Assembly (NCBI GenBank): GCA_035221665.1
Contig: CM069154.1
Span: 34,224,001 to 34,288,000, forward strand
Length of the DNA stretch: 64,000 bases
DNA from: Okamejei kenojei
Taxonomy: Eukaryota
Direction of reading: 5' to 3'
The translations under genes were made by a program, and so were the position numbers. Every line of letters starts with the position of its first letter. Position 1 is the stretch's first letter. The notes beneath the pieces were generated by a model. That model saw nothing but the letters and a program-made list of their open reading frames with translations, ran no database searches and had not been told where the DNA came from. This document shows, one piece after another, positions 26,832 to 40,751 of the stretch.

Positions 26832-27720
26832 TATATGGAGAGGCTGAGCAGGCTGGGACTCTATTCCTTGGAGTGCAGGAGGATGAGGGGTGATCTTATA
26901 GAGGTGTATGAAATCATGAGAGAAATAGATTGAGTAGATGCATAGAGTCTCTTGCCCAGAGTAGGTTTAAGGTGAAGAGGGAAAGAATTAATAGGAATCT
27001 GAGGGGTAACTTCTCACACAAAAGATGTTGGGTGTATGGAATGAACTGCCAAAGGAGGTAGTTAAGGCAGGGACAATTATAACATTGAAACATAGAAAAT
27101 AGGTGCAGGAGTAGGCCATTAGGCCCTTTGAGCCTGCACCGCCATTCAATATGATCATGGCTGATCATCCAACTCAGTATCCTGTACCTGCCTTCTCTCC
27201 ATACCCCCTGATCCCTTTAGCCACAAGGGCCGCATCTAACTCCCTCTTAAATATAGCCAATGTACTGGCCTCAACTACCTTCTGTGGCAGAGAATTCCAG
27301 AGACTCACCACTCTCTGTGTGAAAAATGTTTTCCTCATCTCGGTCCTAAAGGAATTCCCCCTTTTCCTTAAACTGTGACCCCTTGTTCTGGACCTCCCCA
27401 ACATCGGGAACAATCTTCCTGCATCTAGCCTATCCATCCCCTTAAGAATTTTGTAAGTTTCTATAAGATCCCCCCTCAGTCTTCTAATTTCTAGTGAGTA
27501 CAAGCCGAGTCTATCCAGTCTTTCCTCATATGAAAGTGCTGACATCCCAGGAATCAGTCTGGTTCGTTTAAGAAACAATTAGACAGGTACTTGGATAGGA
27601 CATGTTTAGGGAGATATGACCCAAACGCAAGCAAGTAGGACCTATTGTAGATGGGACATGTTGTTTGGTGTGGGTAAGTTGGGCCAAAGGACCTGTTTCC
27701 CTGTTTCTGTGACTCTACGA
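26832..27720 (+). mobile_element. CR1 (HER1-like) LINE 3' end hosting a nested CR1
   Basis: Encodes ERLSRLGLYSLECRRMRGDLIEVY, resumes at 27564, and ends GGGCCAAAGGACCTGTTTCC...GTGACTCTA. Confidence 0.75.
27086..27563 (-). mobile_element. CR1 LINE 3' end (younger, open frame)
   Basis: ORF 27174..27578(-): TRLIPGMSALSYEERLDRLGLYSLEIRRLRGDLIETYKI...RTRGHSLRK...FFTQRVVSLWNSLP, the typical CR1 ORF2 C-terminus. Confidence 0.88.
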
Positions 27721-27724
27721 CTTA

Positions 27725-28300
27725 CGTCGGACAAATCCAATCTAGACAATTATTGCCCAATCCACTTATTACCAATCATCATCAAAGTGACGAAAAGTGT
27801 CAACAACAGAGCTAACAAGTGGCATTTACTGTCAGGAACTGTCTGGTCATTTGGCAGCATCTATTGGCTCCAGACCTTATCACAGCTTTTGCTTGAAACA
27901 AGGACACAAGAGCTGAATTCCAGGGGTGAAGCAGAATGACTGCTCTCGACAGCAAGGCAGCATTTGACCAACTGTGACATTGAGGTGCTCTGGTGAAACT
28001 AAACTCAATTGTCATCAGACTCCAGTGATTGGAGCAAATTCTTTCCACAAAGTAATGTTGCAGGAAGGAACTGCAGATGCTGGTTTAAACTGAAGACAGA
28101 TACAAAATGCTGGAGTAACTCGGCGAGACAGGTACCATCTCCAGAGAGAAGGAATGGGTGATGTTTCGGGTTGAGACCCTTCTTCAGATTCAGATGCTCA
28201 ACATCACCCATTCCTTCTCTCCAGAGATGCTGCCTGTCCTGCTGAGTTACTCCAGCATTTTGTGTCTATCTTGCACAAAGTAAGGTGGTTGCGAGTCATT
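27725..28300 (+). mobile_element. LINE RT fragment with nested inverted Penelope end pair (~28060-28272)
   Basis: Encodes DKSNLDNYCPIHLLPII and an ALD..AAFD-like RT motif. TSD CACAAAGTAA at 28046-28055 and 28274-28283. Confidence 0.65.
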
Positions 28301-28629
28301 TAGCATGTCACCTGTCATGGGAAAATGCTAGAATCACCCAGTAGAAAGTGTCATCAGGTTATCTGAAAGATCACGATGCAATCCAGCAGACTCAACATAA
28401 TTCTGATAAAGTCAAACCTTGTTTGACAGACATTATAGTTTTTTTTAAGTTGATAATGAGCTGTGTAAAGGAACATCTGAAAAGTTAGTACATATGAACT
28501 TCAAGAGGCATCCAATAAGTTGCCACAAAGAAAATTACCCCAGAGGTAAGAGCCTGTGCTATTAGTCAGTACAATATTTTAATATATGGATGGGCAAGTT
28601 TACTGGAAACATTTGGGATAAATAAGTAA

Positions 28630-29003
28630 AAAACAAACTGCTGGGGGAACTCAGCAGGTCAGGCAGCATCTGTGATTGCAAACAGACAGGGGAGACAGCA
28701 AGGCTGGAGGTCAAAAGTAGAGACGACAAAAGGGCACAAATGGTGGAATCTAATTCTCGTCAGTCTTTGTTACCATCTCTATCCTCTCCCACCCCCCGGC
28801 AATTAATTAACCTAACACTTGCCAATTCTTGCCCCACCCCTTCTTCTCATCTCATCCTACCAGTTCTCTCCCCTCTCCTCCATCAGTCTGAAGTAAGGCC
28901 CTGACCCAAAATATCACCTGATATCTCCCTTCCAAAGATAGGCTTAGTTCCTCCAGAAGGTTGATTTTTACTCAACATTGCAGCACCAGTTGTCTCTCAT
29001 GTC
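28630..29003. mobile_element. Degenerate inverted Penelope ends inside an old CR1 RT fragment
   Basis: TSD TGGGATAAATA at 28614-28624 and 29006-29016. Confidence 0.55.
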
Positions 29004-30689
29004 TCTGGGATAAATAGGTCATTTTTAGGTTGGCAAGATGTATCAAGTGAGATGCAATCAGGTAAGTGGCTGGGGAATTTGAGGGATCCTTTATATGGAG
29101 ATTGGGGCCTACATGAGGGGACATGAGGACTGAGGGGTCAGGATAGATTGCATGGTCTAAGAGTAATCAGGGGATTGTTGAGGAAATCGATGGGTGATGA
29201 GGGATTGGTGGGAGGAAGGAAGTCATGGCAGAGATGGAGGGGGGGGGGGGGGGGGTCAGATTGTGGATTGGAGAATAAGGCCAAAGCTTTTGAAGGGCAT
29301 GGAGGTTCAATACTATAATGAAGGGGACAGAATGATAAAAGGTGAATAAAGGTAAGTATGAGACTTATCTCAGTGGGATAGCAATGACCGTCTCTGCGAG
29401 GGCAATGCAGTTTAATTTCATCTTCAGTGTTCCACAGGGGGAAAAGAAATGAGGGAATTTGATCTATGTCTGATGTAGAAATAATGTTTGATATGCAAGT
29501 GTGACATATGTTGGGAAGCATCCAGTTAAATGTCTTTATTGGCAGAACATGACTCAGAAACGGCTATTATACTGTTTTGCTACATGCCCAGTCCATTGTT
29601 AATTGTATTCTTCAGAAATAAACAGTTTAAAATGATCTAATGGTTAGAAAAATGTTAACTATGACTTGTAAAGTGATGGATAAAATAGTGCTTCAAATGT
29701 TACCCCCATCTTTCAACATCAGGACTATATTTTACATAGTGTCAGAAAGACAAGATATCATTATAGTACAGTTAGTTTATTATAGTGTTGGGTAAACTGC
29801 AGTTAAGGTTACACTGCTACAGGACCTGTAATCATGAACTTCATTACAGCCTGCTCATAAAAAGGGCATCGTCCACATTATCCCTGAAGACCACTAAGGC
29901 TACACCCACAACATGAACACATTTAACGCACAAAAAAACGGACATCTTTTGTCAGCGGCCAGGTGGCTGTACTACAAAGGCAAGTCGGTCACATCTGTAG
30001 TTAAAAATTGTCCAATCTTCACATACCAAGCACCTTGAGGAACCAAAAGGACTTTTGAATAGTTTCAAAAAACAGGCTGTGGGATGAAAGGAACAACAAG
30101 AGAAACATTCGTATTGAACCACAAACACAGTGGACAGCACACTAACCCAAGGAAGTAAATAGAGCAAACCAACCACAAAATGATATGTATTTATTTATTT
30201 CTAACTGTCTGCCTTCGGCTCTGAACCCCTGCAGTCTGACTGTCCACATAACGTACAAATCTACAAGCCCATGGTTCCACTAAGTCTAGCTTTGTACCCA
30301 ACAGCCTTTAAAGTGCTGAAGATTTAAATCATCAGTATTATAAAAACTCAGACTTTTCTCCATCTAAACCTATTTGCTGTGACAATGTTCCATTTTCAGA
30401 ATGTCATTGGCAATAAAGGACGAGTGCACTAAATGTCCAATTTGTGAATGTACAAAAAGCAGGATAAAGATAATACAATCAGATGGTTCTGCATCAGTCA
30501 GTCACTCACTTGATCTTTACATCATAAAGGATGTTCATGGCAAATGTTATCAACTTGCAAAGGAACTTAGGAAAGGGTCCATCATCTGTGAAACTGGGAA
30601 CGGACTCCTCCAATTGATCGGCAGGATGAGTCACATTCAAAATCAAAGAAAAACCGCATATAAGTAGATTTAAAGCCAACATTGTATAA

Positions 30690-30872
30690 AAGGATAGACG
30701 CAAAGTGCTGGAGTAACTCTGCGGGTCAGTCAGCATCTCTTGAGGACATGGATAGGCAACATTTCGGATCAGGATCCTTCATCAGACACCATTGTCCCGA
30801 CCCAAAACTACGCCTATCCATGTCCTACAGAGATGTAATCAGACCCACTGAAATACTCCAGCACTCTGTGGG
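30690..30872. mobile_element. Inverted Penelope end pair
   Basis: AGTGCTGGAGTAACTC...GATAGGC and GCCTATCC...TACTCCAGCACT arms. Confidence 0.65.
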
Positions 30873-31339
30873 TATTTTTTCCAAGAAGATACAGACTATC
30901 AGAAAGTAAAGCAAAGTATTCAAAGAACATTCAGTATGGTGCTTTGAGAGCCATGATGATTTTCATCCTAGCTGGTCAAATTCGGAAATTATAGTGTCAA
31001 GGGGCATCTGTCCAAATCACCTCATGTTAGATTTACCACTCTTATCAATTCTGACAAAAACTTGATTATGGATAATTGGGCACTCATTCAACTCACCACA
31101 TACAACATCAGAAGTTTCAACACAGTTAGATAATGCTTCAGAATGTCTCCATTTAGTGATGCCTGTGGTTAGTTCATGATTCAAGAGACTCCGTGGAATT
31201 ACCAATGTTTCTTGTGTTATATGCAATATCCAACCAAGGATTCAGCGTGGTTCGCAAGCAAGTAAGTAGATCTTAATTTGTGAATCTGACATCAGAGGTA
31301 GGCAAGCTACTGGAAAAACTCTGATGTACAAGATTAATT

Positions 31340-32495
31340 TACATTTTGAATGACAGGGATTAATCAAAGATAATCATCATGGCTTTGTCGGGGAGAGAGC
31401 CTGTTTGATCAACTGAAGATGTACCATAGCATATTAAAGGGCAGTGACAAAGATATAGTGCACGTGGACTTCAGTAAGGCCCTTAACAAGATCTCACATA
31501 GGAAACTACATCCAAAGTTATCTTGGTATTTGGCGGCAGAGTGTGATGGCAGATAATGACTTTTCTCATTGTAAACCTGTGACTAGTGTACACACTAGGG
31601 TCGCAGCAATAAATGTTGGGACCCTAACTGTTGTTACATTTGTTAGCAATTTGGACGCGAAAATAGGAGGTGTGGTTAGTACATTTACAGATGACAGGAA
31701 AACTGATGGTGTCCTTGATAGTGAGAGGTAGTACAAGACAATATTAATCAGTTGGTAAGGCGGGCAGAGCAATGGTAGGTGGTATGTATTGCTGATCAAT
31801 ATGAGGCGATGCATTTTTAGGAACACTAATAATGATAGGACACACACACACAATGCATGGTAGATCCCTAGGGAGTATTTAGGGACAGTGGGGCTTTGGT
31901 GTACAATTCAAAGGATCCTGAAAGCAGCCACATCAGGAAATAAGGAGATTAGGAAGGCATATGGGATACTTGCTTCCCTTGGCCAGGGCACAGGTTCTGG
32001 TCCATGTTTACAAACAACTAGAGTACTGTGCACAATTCTGGTCGCCACACTTTGTGAAAGACATTGTTTCACTGGAGATGAGATTCATCCAGATGTTGCC
32101 TAGGATGAAGCTTTTCAGTTATCCAGAGAGAATGGGTTTGTTTTCCTTGAGTTAAGGAAGCTGTTCGAAAGGTACAAAATAATGAGTGCCATAGATACGG
32201 TAGATATTGGGAAACTTTTCCCCATAGCAGTGATGTACAAAGACAAAACCATTGGCTTAGAGTAAGGAGGAAGATGAGAGGGATTCTGAGGAGAAATATT
32301 TTCACCCAGAGGATGGTTCTAATCTGTAAGGCACTTCTTGAATTGGTAATGGAATGAGCAACTTCCACAAAATTAAAGGAGGACATGGATCTCCAAAGTA
32401 CAGAAAGCTACAAACCAAGTGCTACAAAATGGGATTGGTGTAGATGGGTAATAGATAGTCAGCATGGACTTGAGGGTCTTAAGGGTCTAATACTT
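31340..32495 (+). mobile_element. Degenerate CR1 LINE RT-to-3' fragment
   Basis: Decayed motifs HGF, VDFSKA, FTDDRK (FADDTK), LEYCAQFWSP and IFTQRMV. Confidence 0.7.
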
Positions 32496-33824
32496 TGCCA
32501 TAAAGATTGATTACTCTTATATATTAATGAACATCTCCTTAATAAGAATATTCTGCTTTGACAGAGCCGAGATAATCAATTTTGCTTCCCAAGTGGCTGC
32601 TGAGCATCAACTCTTTCTTCACCTCTAGCTTTTGTCACGTACTCCATCCATTTGCCTATCAAACTCCTCTCACCTGTATCCACCTGTCACTTATTAGGCT
32701 TTGTCTTGCCCCGCCTTTCTTTTCCACCTCCCCTCCCCACACTTGAATCAGCCTGAAGAAGAGTCCCAGCCCAAAGCGGTGCCAGTCCATTCCCTTCCGC
32801 AATGTTGCCTTAACTCACTGAGCTCCGCCAGCACTTTGGGCTTTGTTTCTTCTTCCCTCCAGTGCTGGGCATGAAACCACACCTTTGCCTTTGATCACAG
32901 CAATGTTCTGCAGCTTGCCACACAGAGTTAGTGCACTGCCTGCTCCCTCCAGTCCCTGCAGTAAAACCCTTGGATGAGGTTCAAACCTCAAAATATGCTA
33001 AATATTTCACCGACATTCTGGCAACTCAAATTTGCAACTTTTGGAACATCTCGTAGATGCTGAGAATGGGGTTGTGTTGTGGTGCCAAAAGACACATTTT
33101 GAATGGATATGCTACTTGAACGAAATGTAAACCACCTAATTTGTTTCACTCAAAAATAATCAGAATTTACGATTTACTTGAGATAAAGGATTCACAAGCA
33201 TTGCTAAAACTGTGCATTCACATGCAAAATATTTTGGCAATGGTTTATGAAGTAGACGTCTTTCCAGTCAGTTGATCCCACTTTTAACTTTTCGAGGACC
33301 TAAATAACCATTTGGCTGTGTTGTCTGGTGTTAAAAGGTTTTTTTTCCCTCTCGACTTTCAGTGTGTTGACTTTAATGCATTCATCAGAGTGCAGAATCT
33401 TGCATGTGTAATGTGTTATGGAAATATAAACTGACTGATTCTTTCTCTTGCCTGGAATTAAATGTCTGTGAGAAAATTGTGAGTGCCATCATTATTTTAT
33501 TACTTTTACTGGCACTGCTATATCCAAATGTGGTTTCTAAGCCAATGCTAGACTTCTCATAATTTTAAACAGAGGCAGCCCCATTTTAACTAGGAGTAGC
33601 TGTAGAATTCAGTGGACGTGCAGTCCTAGACACACCATTTCTCTCAACTTCTGCATTTCTTCTCTCCTCACAAATGGGCCAGCCAAGCGAGATTGATAAT
33701 GATCCCCGAGCTGGAGTGTGGATTGAAACAAGGCAAACTCTTGAGAATATCGACTGTGGGCCTTGGGTCAGTGGATAAAATTAACATTTTGGGTCAGGAG
33801 GATGTGGCCACAGATTTCTGGGTA

Positions 33825-34160
33825 CTGAACTGTAGTGGCTAGTGAACTGTAGATCCAGTGATAAGAGTTCAAATCCCACCAAAGCAGCTAGGGTATTTAA
33901 ATACAATTAAATAAACCTGGTATTAAAGCTAGGCTCTGTAAATACTGTACCAGTGTGAAACTATGGGATTGTTATAAAACCCGCCTTGTTCACTAATCTC
34001 CTTCAAGGAAGAAAATGTTCTTCCTACCCAGTCTGGGCCATATTTGACTGCAGACAACCAAAGTGTCTGACTCTCAACTGCGTCCTCTTTCCTAGATCAG
34101 TATGGGAGAGACAATAAATGCTGGCACCATTACCAACACCTTTATCCATAAACAAATACA
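33825..34160 (+). mobile_element. tRNA-derived SINE whose tail resembles the LINE at 8790-9457
   Basis: B-box GAGTTCAAATCC at ~33865 and tail CAATAAATGCTGGC. Confidence 0.55.
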
Positions 34161-34204
34161 TTTAACGAAGGTACACCGTCACGTACTCAAAACTCTTGGC
34201 AGTC

Positions 34205-34290
34205 ACTCGAGTGCAATGCTCAGGGAGTGTTGTATTGCTACCACTTCTATCCAAAATGAGGCATTAAACCAAGGCCTTGTCTCACTTCTG
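34205..34290 (+). mobile_element. Deu-domain SINE fragment
   Basis: CACTCGAGTGCAATGCTCAGGGAGTG...ATGAGGCATTAAACCAAGGCC resembles the Deu domain. Confidence 0.5.
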
Positions 34291-34547
34291 CTTTGGTGCA
34301 GTGGCCCGGATGTTGCTGAGCTTTGCTGGCAGCTCGACACACTGCAAATATATCCGTGTAAATGCCCGTGAGTTTGAGTCCACTCAGAGCGAAGAATCTG
34401 CTTTTGGATCTTGCTTGAGAAGGAACTGCAAGAACGTTTGCTCACGTTGCGGGGAAGAGGGAAAGAATAAACTGTGTTATGTTTTAAATTATTTGTGTGG
34501 TTTTTAATAATTTCCCTTTATTTGAACAGTTGTAGTTGAACAGTGTA

Positions 34548-37165
34548 CGCATGGACCGTACACTGGCATCTGGGAAAGGGAGAGGAGGGGGCGTCTGCCT
34601 CATGGTCATCTCTGCGTGGTGCTCAGACGTGGCAGTCCTGTCCAACTCCTGCTCTCCACACCTCGAACATCTGGCAGTGAAGTGCCGTCCCTTCTACCTT
34701 CCGAGGGAATTCACCTCCATCATCCTGACCGCGGTCTACATCCCACCCCAGGCAGACGTCCGTCTGGCACTGGAGGAGCTGCACGCCGTGGTCAACAAAC
34801 ACCAGACGTCTTACCCCGAGGCTTTTACCACCATTGCTGGGGACTTCAATAAGGCAAACCAAAATAAATCACTCCCTAACTTCCACCAACATGTCTCCTG
34901 CTGCACCAGAGGACCAAACACCCTCGACCACTGCTACACCACCATCAAGAATGCCTACTGCTCTATCCCTCGCCCTCACTTCGGTAAATCCGACCATACC
35001 GCGGTGCTGCTTCTCCCTGCCTACAGGCAGCAATTAAAGAGCGCACCCCCAGAGGTGAGGACAGTACAGAGCTGGTCGGGGGGGGCAGAGGAACAACTAC
35101 AGGACTGTTTGGAGTCTGTAGACTGGGCAATGTTCAAGGACTCGGCAACGGACTTGAATGAATACGCCACAGTTGTTACAGACTTCATTAAGAAATGTGT
35201 GGAGGACTGCATCCCTACAAAAACCTTCCGAGTGTTTCCCAATCAGAAATCTTGGATGAACTGTGAGATCCGCACTTTTTCTGAAGACCAGACACCGGGC
35301 GTTCATGTCTGATGATACACTGGTCTACACGAAGACCAGATACGACCTTGGTAAGGCCATCAAAAAGGCCAAAAGGGACTTCTGCTCCAAGCTGGAGATG
35401 AGACAGATGTTCGGCAACTGTGGCAGGGACTGAATGCAATCACCTCCTACAAGACGAAACCAGGAGGCAGCTCGGATGTTGACGATACATCACTCCCTGA
35501 TGAGCTCAATGCGTTTTACGCTTTGATGGGGAGAACACCGATGTGCCTTCCCGAGCCCCCATTCGCTGTGATGGTATTTCAGTCTCAGTCACAGAGGCTG
35601 ACGTCAGGAAATCCTTCAGAGGGGTGAACCCTCGAAAAGCGTCTGGACCTGATGGTATACCTGGTCGTGTTCTAAAAACCTGTGCGGACCAACTGGCTGG
35701 AGTTTTTACGGACATTTTCAACCTGTCACTTCTGAGGTCTGAGGTTTCCACCTGCTTCAAAAGGGCATCAATAATACCGGTGCCCAAGAAGAGCAAGGTG
35801 ACGTGCCTCAATGACTATCGACCTGTGGCACTAACGCCTGTGGTGATGAAGTGCTTCGAGAGGTTGATCATGGCGAAAATCAACTCCTACCTCGACAAAA
35901 ACCTGGACCCACTGCAGTTCGCTTACCGCCACAACAGATCAACGGTGGATGCGATCTCGCTGGCCCTCCACTCCGCTCTGGACCACTTGGACAACAAAAA
36001 CTCATATGTCAGGCTGTTATTCATCGATTACAGCTCGGCATTTAACATAATCATCCCCTCCAAGCTGGTTACCAAACTCGCAGAACTGGGTTTCTGCGCA
36101 TCCCTCTGCAATTGGATCCTCGACTTCCTCATTCACAGACCACAGTCTGTTCGTATTGGTGGAAATGTGTCAGACTCGATAACAATCAGCACGGGAGCAC
36201 CTCAAGGCTGCGTGCTCAGCCCCCTGCTGTACTCACTCTATACTCATGACTGCGTAGCCGGTCATAGTGCGAACTCCATCATCAAGTTCGCTGACGACAC
36301 CACTGTTGTGGGACGTATCACTGATGGGGATGAGTCGGAGTATAGAAGAGAGATCGAGCGACTGTCCATATGGTGCCAGCACAATAACCTGGCCCTCAAC
36401 ACCAGCAAAATCAAGGAACTGATTGTGGACTTTGGAAGGAGTAGGATGGGGACCCACAGTCCTGTTTATATCAATGGGTCGATGGTTGAAAGGGTCAAGA
36501 GCTTCAAATTCCTGGGCGTGCACATCTGTGAAGATCTTTCCTGGCCCGAGAACACAGATGCAATTATTAAGAAAGCTCATCAGCGCCTCTACTTCCTGAG
36601 AAGATTACGGAGAGTCGGTCTGTCAAGGAGGACTCTCTCTAACTTCTACAGGTGCACAGTAGAGAGCTTGCTGACCGGTTGCATCGTGACTTGGTTTGGC
36701 AACTTGAGTGCCCTGGAGAGGAAAAGACTACAAAAAGTAGTAAACACTGCCCAGTCCATCATCAGCTCTGACCTTCCTTCCATCGAGGGGATCTATCGCA
36801 GTCGCTGCCTCAAAAAGGCTGGCAGCATCATCAAGGACCCACACCACCCTGGCCACACACTCATCTCCCTGCTACCTTCGGGTAGAAGGTACAGGAGCCT
36901 GAGGACTGCAACGACCAGGTTCAGGAACAGCTACTTCCCCACAGCCATCAGGCTATTAAACTTGGCTCGGACAAAACTCTGAACATTAATACCCCTCCAT
37001 CTGTTATTTGCACTTTATCAATTTATTCAGTCATGTGTGTATTTACGTATATAATTGTAGTCAATGCCTACTATGTTCTGTTGTGCTATGCAAAGAAAGA
37101 ATTTCATTGTCCTGTCAGGGACACATGACAATAAACTCTTTTGACTTGACTTTGACTTTTGACTT
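34548..37165 (+). mobile_element. Rex1/Babar LINE, 5'-truncated, AP endonuclease plus RT, frameshifted between domains
   Basis: EN ORF 34536..35312 (GGGVC, AVYIPP, IAGDFN, TLDHCY, SDH). RT ORF 35543..36982 ([33 protein letters not shown]). AATAAA plus (TTGAC)n tail. Confidence 0.92.
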
Positions 37166-37254
37166 TATTTTTAATTTTATTTTCATTTTTAAAACATTTA
37201 AAAACTGTTAAAAACGTATTTCTTAATGGCAGAGACATGGGCAGGGCTTCTTGG

Positions 37255-37950
37255 TATTGCTTTATTATTGTCATGTGTGCCAAGATACGGTGAAATATTT
37301 TGTTTTGAGTGCAATCCAGGCAGATCATACTTTATGAGTACAATCATTACGTACATGAGTACAACAGGTAGTGCGAAAAGAGAAGGGAAACAAAGAGCAG
37401 AATATAATGTTACGGCTACACAGAAAGCGCAGATTAAAAGTAAATACAAGAGTCACAATAAGGTACATTGGGGAGTCGGGAATGCATCTTTAGCATTTGA
37501 GAGGTCCATTCAAAAATATGATAAAGGTATGGACAAAGCTATTCTTGAATCTGGTGGTATGTGCTTTCAAACATTTGTATCTTCTGCCTGATGGGAGAGG
37601 GGAGAAGAGAAAATGATCATGTTTGGGTGGCCATTGACAATGTGGGCTGTTGTCCCACGATAGAGTGATGTGTAGATGGGGTTGATTGGAGGAGGAGAGT
37701 GGGGATTATACCAGTTTGTGTGATGGACTGGTCTGTGTCTATAACTCCCTGAAATTTCTTGTGGTCTTGGGAATAGCAGTTGCCATACCAAAGCTGCATC
37801 GTATCCCAATATATTGCTTTTTATGGTGCTTCTACATGCATTGGTAAGAGTCATTGGATTCACACTAACTTTCCTTAGTAATCTGAAGAAGTAGTGGAGT
37901 TAGTGTGTTTTCTCAGCTGTAGCATCGATCATGTTGGACTACGTCGAGTG
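37255..37950 (-). mobile_element. Degenerate Rex1/Babar 3' fragment
   Basis: Decayed LTNACRSTIKSNIL and FSSPLS, with tail ...CACATGACAATAATAAA. Confidence 0.6.
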
Positions 37951-38309
37951 TTTGGTGACGTATTCTCCTGGTCAGCCCATGTCAAGTCAATGCATCATTC
38001 GAAACCTGCCTCTGCTCAGGTTCTCATTACTTGATTTGGGATCATGGCAGTTCCTGAAACCATCACCTATCCTTATTCTCCAGGGATGCTGCCGTACCTG
38101 CTGAGTTATTCCAGCATTTGGTGTCTTTTCCTGAAACCGATCTTCCTGATTTGAGAAAGATGTGTTTGGAGCAATGGGAATTGTGGGCAGCATATGCAGA
38201 CAGGCAGCTGGCCCTACTCTGGAAAATCCAGGCCAAAAAAGTCCCAAATTCACTATCAAAGTGCAGCTGAGCAATGTTTATCACCATTAATGAAAGAAGC
38301 AACATTAAT

Positions 38310-38482
38310 AATCTTACTGTTATCAGATTAGTATTTGATGAAGCTTGCTGCGAGCAATGTGTCTGTTACATTTCTAATATTACCAGTGACTACACTTCAA
38401 GGGTCAGTCGTTGAATGTAAAGCACTTTGGAAAGCACCCAGAGATCAGGAAAGGCACAATATAAATGCAAGCATTTTCTTGT
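38310..38482 (+). mobile_element. Deu-SINE/L2-type 3' tail
   Basis: CAGTGACTACACTTCAA...GTAAAGCACTTTGG...AAAGGCACAATATAAATGCAAG. Confidence 0.55.
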
Positions 38483-40751
38483 TTCCTTCTGCACAAAACC
38501 TCTGGTATTCTTTCTTTTGCCTTACCTGCATTCTTTAAGCATGAATGAATAACACACAGATACAGTAGCTGAAACAGAGAGCGCATTGAATTTCCATATT
38601 CACCACTTTCATTTCCACCCCACAAGTAGGGGAAGATAAATTCAAGTTTAACACGGCATTCACATTTAACTGATTGCATTTGGGAGAATTCTTTGGACCT
38701 TTGACATTATTACTTATTAATGCTGGTGTATGTATCCTAATAAATTAGCCATCTTCACAGTTCAGCACCTGGCTAGGCATTGTAAAATCAATATGAACTA
38801 AAAACTCCAATTAAAATGGAATAAAAAACAATACCTGAATTGTATTGAAGAAATGGAAACACAATTCATTATTAATGCATCTGAGCACATAAAGGCCTTT
38901 GGATACACAATATATAATCGGCCATGATACTGCATCTGCACCACTTGCCCCTAATCTCTTTTCAAACTGAGTATATAATACAGCTGGACTACAGTAAATT
39001 CTTTACTATTCTCGCCCTAATCATCAAACAAAACAGTTTTAATGTTTTTTTTATTTTCTTCATCCAGCTGTATAAACTTTAGATCTATTGTAGTAAAGTG
39101 CACATCAGGAATTAGGAGTAACGTACAACCCATGTGAACTCTGGTGGACAGACAGACCTATCCATAATATCACATACAGCTGAAGAAACGGGGAGTAAAC
39201 AATTGACATCCCTTCTTTGACTTGCCACGAGCTTAGGTTTTGCATGACAAACCTGCAGTTACCAACGAGTAATCGTTGATTAACAGTTAACAAGAGTTAT
39301 TCTTATTAGATGGGTACTGATGTAGTCAAATGGGAAAGCAAGGGCGCTGGTAATCACATCCATACTTCTGTGTATAGCACAAAAAAATGCAGATAATGGA
39401 AGTCTGAAAATGCTGGGACACACATCAGGTCAGGCAGCATCAGAGGAGAGAGTACTGGGGTTGGTTTCAATAATCTTCACCAGAATTGATACAATCATTA
39501 AAAAGAACGACTATGAATTAATGTCACTTTTGTGTTAACTTTTTTGAACTATAAAATCCCGTTTTCCAAAATCTGCAATCAATTATAAATTACTAATCTC
39601 TCATCAGTTCAACCTTGACTTTTCACAATACAGAACTTTTGTTATTCATAAATATTTCACCACATCATAGCATTTATGCACTTTAAAGTTGTGCACTCCA
39701 GAGCCAGCACTGAAGACGCAACAACTAAGGTTCAGCCTTGTTCTGGATTCTCTACAAGGCAATGCCAGGGGAATGGCAGTGCGGTGATGCAGCAGTTAGT
39801 GCTGCTGCCTCACAGGAAGGGCAACCCAGGTTTGATTCCTTTTGGTTACCCTTCCATTTACCCAACAACTTTCCCTAAAACTAAGCCTGGAAGATCTCCT
39901 TGCTGAGATTACTACATTCTGAGTAAAAAGGTTCGCTTCAATGCCCATTAAGGATTCTTTACCTTCTACGTATTTTACACCATTATTGTGCAGGTTAGTG
40001 TTAGAGTAATGTCACTGTCTTATTATTATTGCGTTTCTCAAAAATGTAGATATTTGTTCTCTGTCTCTCACTTCATGTGCCAAAGGTACTGTCCCAACAT
40101 TATAGAACCTTTCTCTCAATGTCAGAAAGACAAAGGATGTAGTGATCAACTCCAGGAAGTGAAGCAGTACATATACCCCAGTTCTATTGATTGCACCAAA
40201 GCAGAGATGGTTGAAAACTTCAACTTCCTAGGAGTCAATATCACCTACAACTTCTGACCACCCATATTGAAGCAATGACCAAGAAGCACCACCAATGCCT
40301 TTACTTCCTTAGAAGGCTTATGAAGTTTGGCATGTCCACTACAACTCTCACTAACTTCTACAGATGCACCATTGAAAGCATTTAATCAGGATGCATCACA
40401 GTTTGGTTTGGGAACAGCTCCACCCAAGACAAAAATAAATTGCATTTGTGGATACAGCCCAAACAATCACACAAACCAACCTCATATTGACTCCATTTAT
40501 ACCTCACAATGCCTCGGCAAGGCCAGCAGCATAATTAAGGACGAGTCGCACCCTGGCCACTCCCTCTTCTCCCCTCTCCCCTGAGGCAAGAGATATAGAA
40601 GTGTGAAAACGCACAACTCCTGATTCAAGAACAGTTTCTTCCCAGATGTTATCAGGCTACTGAATCATCCTACCACAGAGTGCAGCGCTGAACGATCTAT
40701 CTCATTGGTGACCCTCGGACTAAATGTTATCTATCTCTACCAGTGACGTGT

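Noticed and set aside
34295-34545. Possible DNA transposon hosting the Rex LINE (continuing at 37165-37250)
   Set aside because: No TIR or TSD could be identified.
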